A program made the translations under genes and the position numbers. From Lentisphaeria bacterium (GTDB lineage Bacteria; Verrucomicrobiota; Lentisphaeria; JABSQK01; JAWLHB01): 64,000 nt of DNA. The stretch is from assembly GCA_041690595.1 (NCBI GenBank), contig JAWLHB010000001.1:124001-188000 (forward strand), read 5' to 3'. Below the pieces are notes generated by a model that ran no database searches, was not told the origin of the DNA, and saw nothing but the letters and a program-made list of their open reading frames with translations. Of this stretch, positions 49,375 to 59,279 are shown one piece after another; the first letter of the stretch is position 1; every line of letters starts with the position of its first letter.

Positions 49375-52300
49375 TTACCTCTCCTGCCGACTGATCTGGC
49401 GGATGAGCCAGCCATTCTCGAGTGGGTATCCCTCAACGGAAATACCACCGGCGGCGGCGGATGCCACGATCCAGACTCCGCCAGGGGTCGTCACCCTGAG
49501 AGCCGCCGCTCGGCCAATTGGCAGTGGCGTGCCGTCGGCATCGGCGACCCGCAACCATTCGGCGACCACCTCGCCGTCAGAGCGACTCAAGACGGCGGCC
49601 CAGTTAGCCTTGTCCTGATTCTGGCCGTGCAGCAGCAGCGTGTCAACCCAGGTGCCGGCTGGGCTGCCGGGGGTTTCGAAAGCGTAGGGGCGCTGGGCCG
49701 GTTCGACCAGAACCTTCACCGGCAGCGGGCGCTCCTCGTCGCGAACCGAGGCCTCGAGCATCAACGTTCGTGCCGGATCGGCGGCGGCCCGCCAGCGGCG
49801 GCGGGCGGGCGACAGGGGACCGGCATTCACCACGCCCGTTTGCAGGTTCGGGTGGTCGGCATCTCCCCAGTCATCCGGGGTATGAAGGTTCGTCCCCGGG
49901 TAGCAGGTCCACTGGAATTCGACCGGCTCCGGGCTGAAGGCGCGGTCCAGCAACACCACTGCGTCCGGCAGACTGACCACCAGGCGGTGATAGGTAACGT
50001 TTGGCTCGTACAACGGCATTTCCGGCCGGGTCGCCACTTCGAGCCCCGCCCAGTCATCCCCCTGATGCAGATTGACAAGCTGGCCGCGACCGACCACCTG
50101 ATCCCGCCCGTTGACCACCAGCAGGGTATCGGCCATGGTCGAATACCAACCGCGCCGGCCGAGTTCGCTTCCCTGCCCCATCATCCCGAAAAGCGATTTG
50201 CCGTTTTCGCTGACAATGACCGACAGCAGATCGATGTGGAGGCGGTTGCGGGGCGCTCCGTAATTCACGGAGATGGCGCGCAGGGTTTCGCTGTCAGGCA
50301 GGTGGCGAACCGTGACGTAGCCGGCGTTTTTGAGGTGGGCTGGTTCCAGGGCGATGTCGTCCAGCGCCGGCAACACCTCGGCGCCGAACAACAGACCGTC
50401 AACGCTCCGTTTCCCTGCCGTGTTGCGCAAGTCGTTGGGCAACGCGAAGATGGGGTCACCGTGATGGGCGTAGGCCCATTCGTAGCGGTGAGAGAACCCT
50501 CCCTGGAAATGGCGCGGGTCCGCGGCCAGCAGAATCGGCAGGCGCATGGGGGAATCCATGTCCAGTTCGCTGCTGTCATAGCCGTAGAAATCGAGGGAGA
50601 TCAGTTGCTGGATCATGGGGTCGAGGGAGTTCCAGTGGTACCCCATATCATGCTCCATGCCCATGCCGTCCACATCGAAGCCGTGTTTGCGCATCGCGTA
50701 CAGGCCCCGCGGGCCCTCGACATAGCGCATGGCCAGCGGCCAGTTACCAATACTCATTGCGTAGTAGAAAGGCACCAGATTGTGGACGGTCAACTGGTTG
50801 TTATAGTCGTTGACATGGCCATCCGCGACTCGGGCAACCGGCAGCAGGAAGCGATCCTCGATATGCCGCTGCTCGTCCAGCGTCAGCGAATGGCGAAGAT
50901 AGTCGTAGCCGACGAAGAAGTTCGGATAGCGGAAGCCCACCATCAGGGAATTGATGGCGGAGCGGGCGCGGAAGGCGGTCGAGCTCTCGCGCATTGGTTC
51001 CCACAGCGGATACTGGTCACCGTAGGCATTGAAGACCTCGAGGGCGCCTTGACGAAACTCCTCGCGGCCGGTCAAGGCATACGCGCGCGCCAGAGTCAGC
51101 GCCCGCTGACCGTTCACGATGTTGGCTTCGACCGCGGTCATCCCCAGGACGCTGCGGGTATCACGGTAGTTCTGGCGCGGCACGAACCAGAAGTCACGGA
51201 ACTGCGGGCGGATGCGGGCGCGCCAGTCGGTGCCGGCCGCCTCGTGGGCATCTTCGGGCAACTCGTAGGTGATGCGCGGAATAGCCAGCGTCCGTTCGGC
51301 CTGGGCGATGAAGCTATCCAACACCCCCTGGAATTGGGGATTCTCGGCATTGCGACGGATGGCGCGTTCGAGCGCGGCTGGGGTGGCCTCGAGCCCTGGC
51401 TGGAAGTGCTCCGCCGGCGGCACCACCAGGAACCATGGGTCCAGGCGCGAGGAGCTCAAAGGCAGTATCGGCTCATCGAAACCCTCGACGCGCAATTCCG
51501 GCCAGACGATCTCCGTCCACAGCGGCGAACGTTCGGCCAACCCGCCGGCGGGTGCGGTGAAGGTGATCCAGGCAGGAACCGCATCGCCGTCCAGCTCGCC
51601 CCAGCCGCCGCCCCAGCGGTCGCGCATGTCCTGATTGTCCGCGGACGGGTTCGGGTGCAATCTCCATCGCCGGTCCGCGTCAGGTGGATACGCGAACAGC
51701 GGCTCGCCGGTCCGCGGCGGCTCACGCCGTAGTTCCAGCGAGACGTCGACGACCCTGTCGGTGCGATTGCGCAAGGCGATCGGGTACGAGATCTCGCAGG
51801 CGCCATCCTCCCGGATGCGTGTACGCGTTCGGAAGTAATCAACGGTCCATCGTACCGGATGACGGACCAGCCGGATGTTGCGGAACTCGACGGTGCGCCG
51901 CGTGGGGTCGTCATTCTCGGTTGCCGGACTGTAGCGAAAGTGCAGCCACAGGTCGTGCCCGTCGGGCCGGCGCGTCGGCAACCCGTCATCGTCCAGATTC
52001 AGGTCGAAGGCAACCGCGTTCCACTCGTTCTGCCGCTGGGGATGCTTGTCATACCAGTTGCGCGACAGCAAGGCGTCGGGATAGCCGTCGGCGGTCACTT
52101 GCAGCGATACCGGGCCATGGGTCGGCTTGTACTCGAAGCGGATCTCGTCGAAATCAGCCAGGTTGACTGGCAGGCGCACTCCGACTGTACCGCCACGGTC
52201 GGGCGGCGCCGCGTCCCAAACCCAGCGATCCTCCCGCCAGGAAGTTTCCCCGCGACCGCTGATCAGCTCCCATGCCGCATCGTCCGGCACCCGCCATACA

Positions 52301-52425
52301 GGGGAGTTGGTGTCCGCCTGGGCGGCGCCGAAGGCCACGCTCGCCAGCGTCAAGGCAAGCGCGATCAGCCCCCGGCAGGAAAGGATTCTCGATGGTTCAC
52401 TCTTCTGGTGTTCTTTCATGGTCAT
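49375..52425 (-). CDS. Large secreted heparinase II/III / alginate-lyase-like polysaccharide lyase with N-terminal CBM-like domain
   Basis: Signal peptide; LARAYALTG, DYNNQ, E...GYH, H.D.LS; C-terminal beta-sandwich (YHRLVV...VVLLD). Confidence 0.7.
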   Translation of the reverse strand: MTMKEHQKSEPSRILSCRGLIALALTLASVAFGAAQADTNSPVWRVPDDAAWELISGRGETSWREDRWVWDAAPPDRGGTVGVRLPVNLADFDEIRFEYKPTHGPVSLQVTADGYPDALLSRNWYDKHPQRQNEWNAVAFDLNLDDDGLPTRRPDGHDLWLHFRYSPATENDDPTRRTVEFRNIRLVRHPVRWTVDYFRTRTRIREDGACEISYPIALRNRTDRVVDVSLELRREPPRTGEPLFAYPPDADRRWRLHPNPSADNQDMRDRWGGGWGELDGDAVPAWITFTAPAGGLAERSPLWTEIVWPELRVEGFDEPILPLSSSRLDPWFLVVPPAEHFQPGLEATPAALERAIRRNAENPQFQGVLDSFIAQAERTLAIPRITYELPEDAHEAAGTDWRARIRPQFRDFWFVPRQNYRDTRSVLGMTAVEANIVNGQRALTLARAYALTGREEFRQGALEVFNAYGDQYPLWEPMRESSTAFRARSAINSLMVGFRYPNFFVGYDYLRHSLTLDEQRHIEDRFLLPVARVADGHVNDYNNQLTVHNLVPFYYAMSIGNWPLAMRYVEGPRGLYAMRKHGFDVDGMGMEHDMGYHWNSLDPMIQQLISLDFYGYDSSELDMDSPMRLPILLAADPRHFQGGFSHRYEWAYAHHGDPIFALPNDLRNTAGKRSVDGLLFGAEVLPALDDIALEPAHLKNAGYVTVRHLPDSETLRAISVNYGAPRNRLHIDLLSVIVSENGKSLFGMMGQGSELGRRGWYSTMADTLLVVNGRDQVVGRGQLVNLHQGDDWAGLEVATRPEMPLYEPNVTYHRLVVSLPDAVVLLDRAFSPEPVEFQWTCYPGTNLHTPDDWGDADHPNLQTGVVNAGPLSPARRRWRAAADPARTLMLEASVRDEERPLPVKVLVEPAQRPYAFETPGSPAGTWVDTLLLHGQNQDKANWAAVLSRSDGEVVAEWLRVADADGTPLPIGRAAALRVTTPGGVWIVASAAAGGISVEGYPLENGWLIRQISRQER

Positions 52426-52464
52426 ATCCTGGTAAATATGTGCTGTCGAAGCCAATCCGCCTGA

Positions 52465-52508
52465 TCGCGTACGGCTCGCAATGTACCATTAAGGGAGACT
52501 GCCTGCAA
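52465..52508 (-). promoter_or_regulatory. Sigma70 promoter copy 1 (TTGCAG-17-TACATT)
   Basis: 36/44 identical to 53912-53955; upstream of lyase gene. Confidence 0.6.
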
Positions 52509-52608
52509 TCTCAAGCCCCATGGAATTGAGGTCTCAGCGGTCGCTGATCCATGCCGTCCATACCGTCCATACCGTGCTACTGCTCTTCCCTTGGCACAGC
52601 CGCCAGGA

Positions 52609-52705
52609 ATGCCCTGACAGGGCATCGTCCCATAGCCCAGGGTTGTACCGCCAAAGGCGGGACTACCCTGGGTATCTTGCCCCCTCCATCAACCCTGACC
52701 GGGTT
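52609..52705. mobile_element. REP-like multi-hairpin element of the type associated with IS200/IS605 (Y1 HUH) transposases; no transposase present
   Basis: ATGCCCTGACAGGGCAT hairpin, TAGCCCAGGGT...ACCCTGGG stem, AACCCTGACCGGGTT hairpin. Confidence 0.6.
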
Positions 52706-52781
52706 GCGTCCACCGCATCTCTCTCGCCCGAGTGTCATCGGTCACCACAAGCGCGCCACCATCAGTGAACTCCCTATGCCT

Positions 52782-53030
52782 TCACGGGATCGTCTGCCTC
52801 TCCTCTTCCGTCTTCCTCCGGATCTTATGCATGGTCGACTTGCCGCACGCAGGGCAGCGCGCAAGCTGACTGGGTTCCCCGGCTGCCTTGTACCGTACGC
52901 CGCCGGCATCCCAGATGTCACGCTTATGTCCGCATGGGCACTCCGTCAACCACAGCTTCGTTCCAGCCTTGACCGCGGCAAACGCTCTGGCCGGTAAGAT
53001 GAATCTCAGGAATCGGTGCTTTGCTGGCAT
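52782..53030 (-). CDS. Small zinc-ribbon hypothetical protein
   Basis: CPCGH...CPACGK; AGGAGA RBS. Confidence 0.7.
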   Translation of the reverse strand: MPAKHRFLRFILPARAFAAVKAGTKLWLTECPCGHKRDIWDAGGVRYKAAGEPSQLARCPACGKSTMHKIRRKTEEERQTIP

Positions 53031-53075
53031 ACTCTCTCCTGTCGAAACCTGTCAACGCCGTTGTCCCGGCCGTTC

Positions 53076-53858
53076 CTACGGCAAAAGGTGTGGGGCGGTT
53101 TCCTTGACCCACTGTTTGTGAGCCGCCGCCCATGCTGATAAGTGTGCTCCCAATCTCGCGGCCTGCCGCGGATGCACCAGCGGCAAGAGAGAGAGTCTGT
53201 GGCCTTCGATTTCCAGCGGATGAAGATGCCCGTATTCGGTCTCCGTCATTCCATAGGAAACGAGCCGACTCCTGGAACCAAAGTGTTTGGCAAACCAATG
53301 GAGGGGTTGGTCGCCGAGCGTGATTAGCACGGATGCTTGCGACTCGAGTACCTCCCCAACAATAGCAGATCGCCGCGATTCGGAAGCCAATTCCTTTGGA
53401 ACCTCACTCCAATCGGGCTTCGGAAGCAGGGACCTCTCAACGAAAGGCGTGTACCATTTTTGGATTGCGGCTTTTTGGCCTGCATTCATGCAGCTGTGTG
53501 GGACGAGATCGCATAACCAGGCATCGCCGCGGGAAATACCGAGAGGTGCCAGGAAATGGTCGTCGAGCGCTCTGCCTGAAGGGCCATTCAAGCTTGCACC
53601 GGCCGGTACAAGGTGGCCAGCTTCGGGTGGGACCGAGATTTGACCGAGAATCGTCACAACATCATTTCCGCGCCAGAAGATCTCAGGCTCGGACGCTACA
53701 CCAACTGCCGCTATCCGTGATTCTCCATCTGGCCCCACCCACCGTGCATGTACTGCACTTGCATATACACCGAGCACAAAAACCCTTTTAGGCTTGCAGT
53801 CCACTTGTCTCACTGGGAGAACGGGTTGCCCAAATGGAAATGAACCCAATCCCCTCAC
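53076..53858 (-). CDS. Uracil-DNA-glycosylase-superfamily-like protein (atypical)
   Basis: VFVLG, GPSG, VLITLG, LLPLVHP motif order; GAGGAG RBS. Confidence 0.6.
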   Translation of the reverse strand: MRGLGSFPFGQPVLPVRQVDCKPKRVFVLGVYASAVHARWVGPDGESRIAAVGVASEPEIFWRGNDVVTILGQISVPPEAGHLVPAGASLNGPSGRALDDHFLAPLGISRGDAWLCDLVPHSCMNAGQKAAIQKWYTPFVERSLLPKPDWSEVPKELASESRRSAIVGEVLESQASVLITLGDQPLHWFAKHFGSRSRLVSYGMTETEYGHLHPLEIEGHRLSLLPLVHPRQAARLGAHLSAWAAAHKQWVKETAPHLLP

Positions 53859-53911
53859 CTGCCTCTCCTCACGGTATAACGGTTTCGCTTAGCGGCAGGC
53901 AATAGCCGCAC

Positions 53912-53955
53912 TCGCGTATGGCTGCCAATGTACCATTTAGGGTGGACGCCTGCAA
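53912..53955 (-). promoter_or_regulatory. Sigma70 promoter copy 2 (TTGCAG-17-TACATT)
   Basis: Near-duplicate of 52465-52508. Confidence 0.6.
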
Positions 53956-54107
53956 GCGTAAACAAGCGGCTGGTCTCCAGAGGCAAAGGGCAGTTCCTGC
54001 CTCCCGCATGTCGCGTCGAGATGCAGCAAACACGCCCAGGTGGTCGCGCCTGATGCCTGGCTGCGATGATGAAAATCCCCAAGCTCGAATGCCAGGATGC
54101 GTCCATG

Positions 54108-55373
54108 CTATATCCCCGTGTTCACGATCTGTTCCATCGCCTGAAGCGGGCAGCAGATACTGGTCAGGTTGACGGCCTTGCCCCTCTCGCCGGTGCCAGG
54201 TGTGTGCCATTCGTGAGGGCCGCGGTGGTCGGGACTGTTCCGGAAATCGGTGGCGCGCAGATGCGCCAGCATGTCCGCCAGCATGTCGTGCGCGGCGGCG
54301 GCATCCACCTGCGCCAAGGCGTAGAGGTACCATCCCGAAGCGGTCAGCCAATAGCCGCCGTTCTGGTAGGTGCCGATCGGGGCGCAGGCGTATTCCCAGG
54401 CGGAGTCCTTCGACCAGTCGTCGCCGGCGAGGACATGACGCACCGCACCCTCGCGGACCGCCGTGCCGTCGCGATAGGCATCGCGCAGGGCGCGGCAGGC
54501 GGCATCTTGCGCGTCGCCGTCGAGGGCGCCGACATAAACCGCGAAGGCCGTGCCCCATACATCGCGCTGTCGGCACACATCCGTCGCGGCGTTGAGGAAG
54601 CCACTCGTCGTGCCGAAGGTCGGGACCAGGTGTTTCCGGATGCGCGCCGCGGTATTGCGCCATCGCATCGCGTCCACACCGCCAGCATCCGCCATCTCGG
54701 CCAGGCAGACGGCGGCGCGATAGGCCAGGCAAGAGCCGAACTGCACCTGGCCGATCTTGTGCACGCAGTCGCAGAAGCCGAAATCCACCGCGCGTTTCGT
54801 GGCCGGAGACCAAGCCAGGCCGGTGTCCGGATGGTAGGTGACTGCGTCGTAGGCCCGGCAGGCACGTTCGAGCAGGCTGATGCCGTCGACCTTTTCGTGC
54901 AAGACAGCATCCCCGTTGGCGTGGAAGGCGAGATAGACCAATTCGATAAAGAAGAACGCGTTGTCCATTGGGGGATACGGCCCCCAGCGTCCGCCCTGGC
55001 GTTCGTCGGGGAAGTAGCTGCCGGGATAGTAGCAGTGGCCGCCGTCAAGATTGATGTGCTCAGCCGGAGTCCAGGCGGGCACATGACCGTTGTGCCAAAT
55101 CCAGTCTTCGGGCCTTTGGCTGGCGGCGAACAGGCGGGCGGTCGTGATCAGCTCGTCGCCCGGCAACGTCAGCGCCGGGGCGGACATGACGAAGTCGCGC
55201 AGCCACAGCGCCCGGTAGCCTTGGTAGGCGTGGCCGCTGGGCAGATAGGCGTCCACGCCAAGGGCGTTACGCAGCGCGGTCGAGCCGATCCGTACCGTCG
55301 CTCCGGCGTGGACCAGGCAGGCTTCGCTCGCTGCCGCCGCCAGTTCCCGCAGATAGTCGATCTGTTTTTGCAT
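54108..55373 (-). CDS. Six-hairpin (alpha/alpha)6 glycosidase-like protein
   Basis: Y.ALWLRDF, GF.D.V.K.G, YQNGGYW, GPHEW. Confidence 0.72.
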   Translation of the reverse strand: MQKQIDYLRELAAAASEACLVHAGATVRIGSTALRNALGVDAYLPSGHAYQGYRALWLRDFVMSAPALTLPGDELITTARLFAASQRPEDWIWHNGHVPAWTPAEHINLDGGHCYYPGSYFPDERQGGRWGPYPPMDNAFFFIELVYLAFHANGDAVLHEKVDGISLLERACRAYDAVTYHPDTGLAWSPATKRAVDFGFCDCVHKIGQVQFGSCLAYRAAVCLAEMADAGGVDAMRWRNTAARIRKHLVPTFGTTSGFLNAATDVCRQRDVWGTAFAVYVGALDGDAQDAACRALRDAYRDGTAVREGAVRHVLAGDDWSKDSAWEYACAPIGTYQNGGYWLTASGWYLYALAQVDAAAAHDMLADMLAHLRATDFRNSPDHRGPHEWHTPGTGERGKAVNLTSICCPLQAMEQIVNTGI

Positions 55374-55384
55374 GTCGAGTCTCC

Positions 55385-56344
55385 CTAGAAGTGGTTAATG
55401 ACCTCGTGGTGTTTGCGCAACGTTCCATCCGGCTCGATGCAGGCCATGTAGCCGGCGCGACTGATCGGGCCGAACTCGGGCCGGTGCCCGTCGGCAACCA
55501 GGGTGTGGTGCAGCAGGTGGATGGTGAAGCCGAAGCCGCGCTCGGTCAGCGTGCGCAATTCGAATTCCAATGTTTCGGCCCGTTCGCTGTCGTCCAGTGC
55601 GCCCCAGCCGGTCTCCGAGGCGAAGATCGGCTTGCCGGTATGGTTGGCCAATTCCGCCAGGCCGTCGACGCGCTGCTCGTACTCTTCCTTGCTCTTGACA
55701 AAGCAGTTCCAGGCGAAATAGGGGTGGCAGGTGATCACGTCGCAGAGTGGTTCGAGCAGCGCGACGGACGACGGCGGCCCGCAGGCGCCGATGGTGATAC
55801 GGCCGCAGTCGCCGAGCGCCTCGATGGCGGTTCGCGCCCGCCCGAGCCAGCCGAGCCATGTGGGGTTGTTGTCGCTGTGATTGGGGTTGACCTTGGGTTC
55901 GTTGCACAGATCCCAGAGCAGAATACGCGGGTCGTTGACGTGTGGCTTGACAATCGCCTCGATGTAAGGGCGGAAAGCCACATCGAAGCGCTCCTCGCCG
56001 CCCCAGTGGCCGACCATCTCGGTGGTCACGCCACCGAAAGCCGGCCAACTGTGCCAGGCATTGAACAGCGTCGGGATGAACTTCAGGTCGTAGGCGTTGC
56101 CCAGCTCGATCACGCGATGCACCCGCTCGGCCACCGCCGCCGGCTGCCGCAGCCAGGCGTCGTGCGACAGCCACAAGCGGATGGTGTTGATGCCGGGGAA
56201 GTGCTCCTTGCCACGCCCCAGCTCCGTGCGGATCGCCTCGAAGTCGAAGTGTTCCGCCCAGATTTCAATGCCGTGGCTGCCATAGCTCGGCTGGTAGTTG
56301 AAGCCGCGGATGTGGTGGTAGGACTGGTTATCGATGGTTGTCAT
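55385..56344 (-). CDS. GH5/clan-A-like glycoside hydrolase (copy 1)
   Basis: RGFNYQP, NTIRLWL, WDLCNEP (acid/base), HPY, ASETG (nucleophile). Confidence 0.8.
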   Translation of the reverse strand: MTTIDNQSYHHIRGFNYQPSYGSHGIEIWAEHFDFEAIRTELGRGKEHFPGINTIRLWLSHDAWLRQPAAVAERVHRVIELGNAYDLKFIPTLFNAWHSWPAFGGVTTEMVGHWGGEERFDVAFRPYIEAIVKPHVNDPRILLWDLCNEPKVNPNHSDNNPTWLGWLGRARTAIEALGDCGRITIGACGPPSSVALLEPLCDVITCHPYFAWNCFVKSKEEYEQRVDGLAELANHTGKPIFASETGWGALDDSERAETLEFELRTLTERGFGFTIHLLHHTLVADGHRPEFGPISRAGYMACIEPDGTLRKHHEVINHF

Positions 56345-59279
56345 AATTCCGTTCCTGTGGATCTTCTTTCTGGTTACCCGGACGCCTCCACGTTGCCTGG
56401 CCGGTTCCCCCGCGCGGGGTGGTTCGGGGATATTCTTGATTGACCGCCTGCTTGATCACCCGGACCAGGGTGTTGGTGTCCGACACGGTGACCCGTTGGT
56501 CACCTTCAAGAATGCGGATGTCGGACAGGCGCAGATGTCGAATGACGCAGTCCCGGTCGGGCGAGAAGACCTCCACCCAGCGGGCGGGGTCGGTGGTACC
56601 GCCTTTCCAGGTCATTGACGGGGGACCGAGATTGACCAGGCGGTGATCGGGCGGCGGCGGGAAGTCCAGTTCCACGTCGCGCAGCGAGAGCCCGTCCACA
56701 TTGGCGTGAACGTGAAACAAGCCATCGTTGAAGCTGCCGGGGCGCGCAAAGTAGAGCTTCTCGAAGTGCAGGTTGCGCAGTTCGCCCACGGCTGCGCTGA
56801 AGTCGTTCTTGACCCCAAGCTCGAGGTTGGGCTGGTCGTAGAGCTTGAACTCGCGGATATCGCGCAGGTCGCGGAAGACGCAATCGCGGATGGGGCAGTT
56901 GAGGGTGCTGCCGTCACCGAACTGTTTCACCCCGGGCAGCAGACGGATGGAGTCATAAGAATTTGCTTCGAGCGGAGCCCCGCTGAGCTCCTCGACGAGG
57001 ATGTGATGGATGGGCCCGAAGCTGGCCGAGTAGTGCCGCCAGTCCCAGGCCAGCAGCGAGACGGGATCGTCCCCGGTGACGCCCTGGATGCCGCGGATGA
57101 TGCCGAAGCAGGCCGGGCCGTCGCAATGCACGCCGTCGCGGCGGTGGTTGTCGAATGTCAGATTCTCGATCAGGAAGTCGCGGGCCGTGCCGATATGCAC
57201 GCCGAAGGGACGGCTCTGGCGGATGGTCAGGTCGCGGACAACGACACGCTCGACATTTTGCAGCAGGATCACCCCGTGGCAGCCGGGGACGGAGTCGGCG
57301 CGGTCGGCGCAGCCCCGCAGATTGCCGTTGGATTCGCCCCGCGAGGTGGCCAGCGTGGTCCAGACACCGCCTTGCACAAGAATATCGGTGTCCGGGGTGA
57401 GCGCATCCGGCACGGGGCCGTCCTGGAAGCCCACGGCGCGTTCGTTGCGCACCATACAGGTGTTGGTTCCCGGCGTGAGGCGGATCTCGGCATCGGGATC
57501 GGCAATGAGTGACTGGCCCGAGCGCAGAATGATGGGGCGGTCGAGGTAGTACGGTTCAGAGCGGGCTGGAAGATGTACGCCGTCGCCTGTCTGCAGCGCG
57601 GCTTCGATGGCGTCGCTCCAGATTTCTCCGCGCACATCGCATTCGGCGGGCTCGCACTCCGGCCATCGCTCTCGCCAGGCATCCAGGCGGACATGCGCCG
57701 CGAAATCGGTCAGGCAGGGCAGTGCCGTCAGCGTCGGGATCGGGCTCTCTCGCAGCGGCGCAAGGCGGGCCTGAATCTCAGCGCTGATCGTGTCGGCCTG
57801 CTGATCCACCTGGCTGAGGGGTGTCCAGTCAGTCAGTGCGGTGCGCAGACGGTTCAGTTCATCACGCAGCGCGACGTCATCCACCAGGTTTCGGGTTTCG
57901 CCCGGATCTTTTTCGAGATCGTACAGGATCTCGCCCCCGTCGCGATAGCGAACATACTTCCAGCGCTCATCGCGGATCATGTAGTTGGCGGGGCGGTCGG
58001 GCTCGACCGAACGCCGGCGACCCGGGTGCATGTGCAGGACTTCGCAGACGACGAACGGTGGTGGCTTCCGGGCGCCAGTCAGGATGGGGATCAGATTGCG
58101 GCCTTCGCAGCCGGGCGGTGGTGCGATGTCGGCCAGTCCCAGCAGCGTCGGCATGAGATCGACGTTGGCGGTCAGGATGTCGGTGCGGCCTGGCGCGAGC
58201 ACGCCCGGCGCGCGGATGACCAGCGGCACGCGGACGATGTCCTCGTACAGCGCCGAGGTGTTTTTCCAGGCCATGGCGTGGGCGCCGGCCATATCGCCGT
58301 GATCGGCGGTGAAGACAACCACGGTATTTTCGGATAGTCCATTGCGGTCGAGCGCGTCGAGCACGCGGCCAACCTGATCGTCGAGGAAACGAACGGCTCC
58401 GTAGTAAATGCGCAGCCATTCACGCAGGCCGGATTCTCCGAGTCCCTTGACGAACTCGCGGGTCCAGTCGTTCTCGAAGCGGGCTTCGCGCGACTCGTAG
58501 TTAGCCGGCAACTCCAGCGCGTCCGGATCGTACATCTCGTAGTAGGGCGACGGGACGACATACGGATCGTGCGGATAGATCAGGGAGCAGGTCAACGCGA
58601 ACGGCTTCACCGGCGAATTGTCCAGGAACTCGAGCGTCTTCTTCACGGTTTTTGCATCGAACAGGTCCTCCGCCGGCATCCCGACCAAGCGTCCCATGCG
58701 CGTGGCGAAAGGCTTGAAGACCAGCTTGTCCCAGCGGTCGCCAAGCTGGTCAAGGGCATCGCGCATGGCAGCGCTCTGCTCGACCGGCAGAATCATGCCG
58801 CACCAATCCATGTGGTGGCGGCGACGGTTGGCGGCGAAGGTCGCCGACATCTCGTCGAGATAGTCCTTCTCCGTGTACATGTCCGGGTAGTAGGGCAGAT
58901 CGTCGCCGAGCAGATGCCACTTGCCGTAATAGCGCGTGTCGTAGCCGGCCGCGTACAGGCAGCTTCCCAGCGTTGTGTCCGAGGCGCGGATGCCTTCCTC
59001 GCTGGCTGGCACCCGGTCGATCCACGGCGCCAGCGCATAGTCACGGCGGTCGACGTTGTGGGCGATGCCGTGGGTGTGTGGGTACTGCCCGGTGAACAGG
59101 CAGGCGCGACTGGGCCCGCAGGCGACAGAGCTGGCATAGGCCCGGTCGAAGACCGCCCCGCCCGCCGCCAGCCGCTCGACGTTTGGCATGGGCACCGGAC
59201 CGCCGTAAAGCCGCATCACCCGTGCGGTCAGTTGGTCGCAGAGCAGCAACAGGATGTTCGGCCTGGAGTCAGAACGCAT
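56328..59279 (-). CDS. Fusion: Cys-type sulfatase + GH28/pectin-lyase-like parallel beta-helix
   Basis: PNILLLLCDQ, CGPSR, DHGD, LYDL..DPGE; then AI..AL.....V.LP..PY, DGVHCDGP, TGDD. Confidence 0.8.
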   Translation of the reverse strand: MRSDSRPNILLLLCDQLTARVMRLYGGPVPMPNVERLAAGGAVFDRAYASSVACGPSRACLFTGQYPHTHGIAHNVDRRDYALAPWIDRVPASEEGIRASDTTLGSCLYAAGYDTRYYGKWHLLGDDLPYYPDMYTEKDYLDEMSATFAANRRRHHMDWCGMILPVEQSAAMRDALDQLGDRWDKLVFKPFATRMGRLVGMPAEDLFDAKTVKKTLEFLDNSPVKPFALTCSLIYPHDPYVVPSPYYEMYDPDALELPANYESREARFENDWTREFVKGLGESGLREWLRIYYGAVRFLDDQVGRVLDALDRNGLSENTVVVFTADHGDMAGAHAMAWKNTSALYEDIVRVPLVIRAPGVLAPGRTDILTANVDLMPTLLGLADIAPPPGCEGRNLIPILTGARKPPPFVVCEVLHMHPGRRRSVEPDRPANYMIRDERWKYVRYRDGGEILYDLEKDPGETRNLVDDVALRDELNRLRTALTDWTPLSQVDQQADTISAEIQARLAPLRESPIPTLTALPCLTDFAAHVRLDAWRERWPECEPAECDVRGEIWSDAIEAALQTGDGVHLPARSEPYYLDRPIILRSGQSLIADPDAEIRLTPGTNTCMVRNERAVGFQDGPVPDALTPDTDILVQGGVWTTLATSRGESNGNLRGCADRADSVPGCHGVILLQNVERVVVRDLTIRQSRPFGVHIGTARDFLIENLTFDNHRRDGVHCDGPACFGIIRGIQGVTGDDPVSLLAWDWRHYSASFGPIHHILVEELSGAPLEANSYDSIRLLPGVKQFGDGSTLNCPIRDCVFRDLRDIREFKLYDQPNLELGVKNDFSAAVGELRNLHFEKLYFARPGSFNDGLFHVHANVDGLSLRDVELDFPPPPDHRLVNLGPPSMTWKGGTTDPARWVEVFSPDRDCVIRHLRLSDIRILEGDQRVTVSDTNTLVRVIKQAVNQEYPRTTPRGGTGQATWRRPGNQKEDPQERNYDNHR

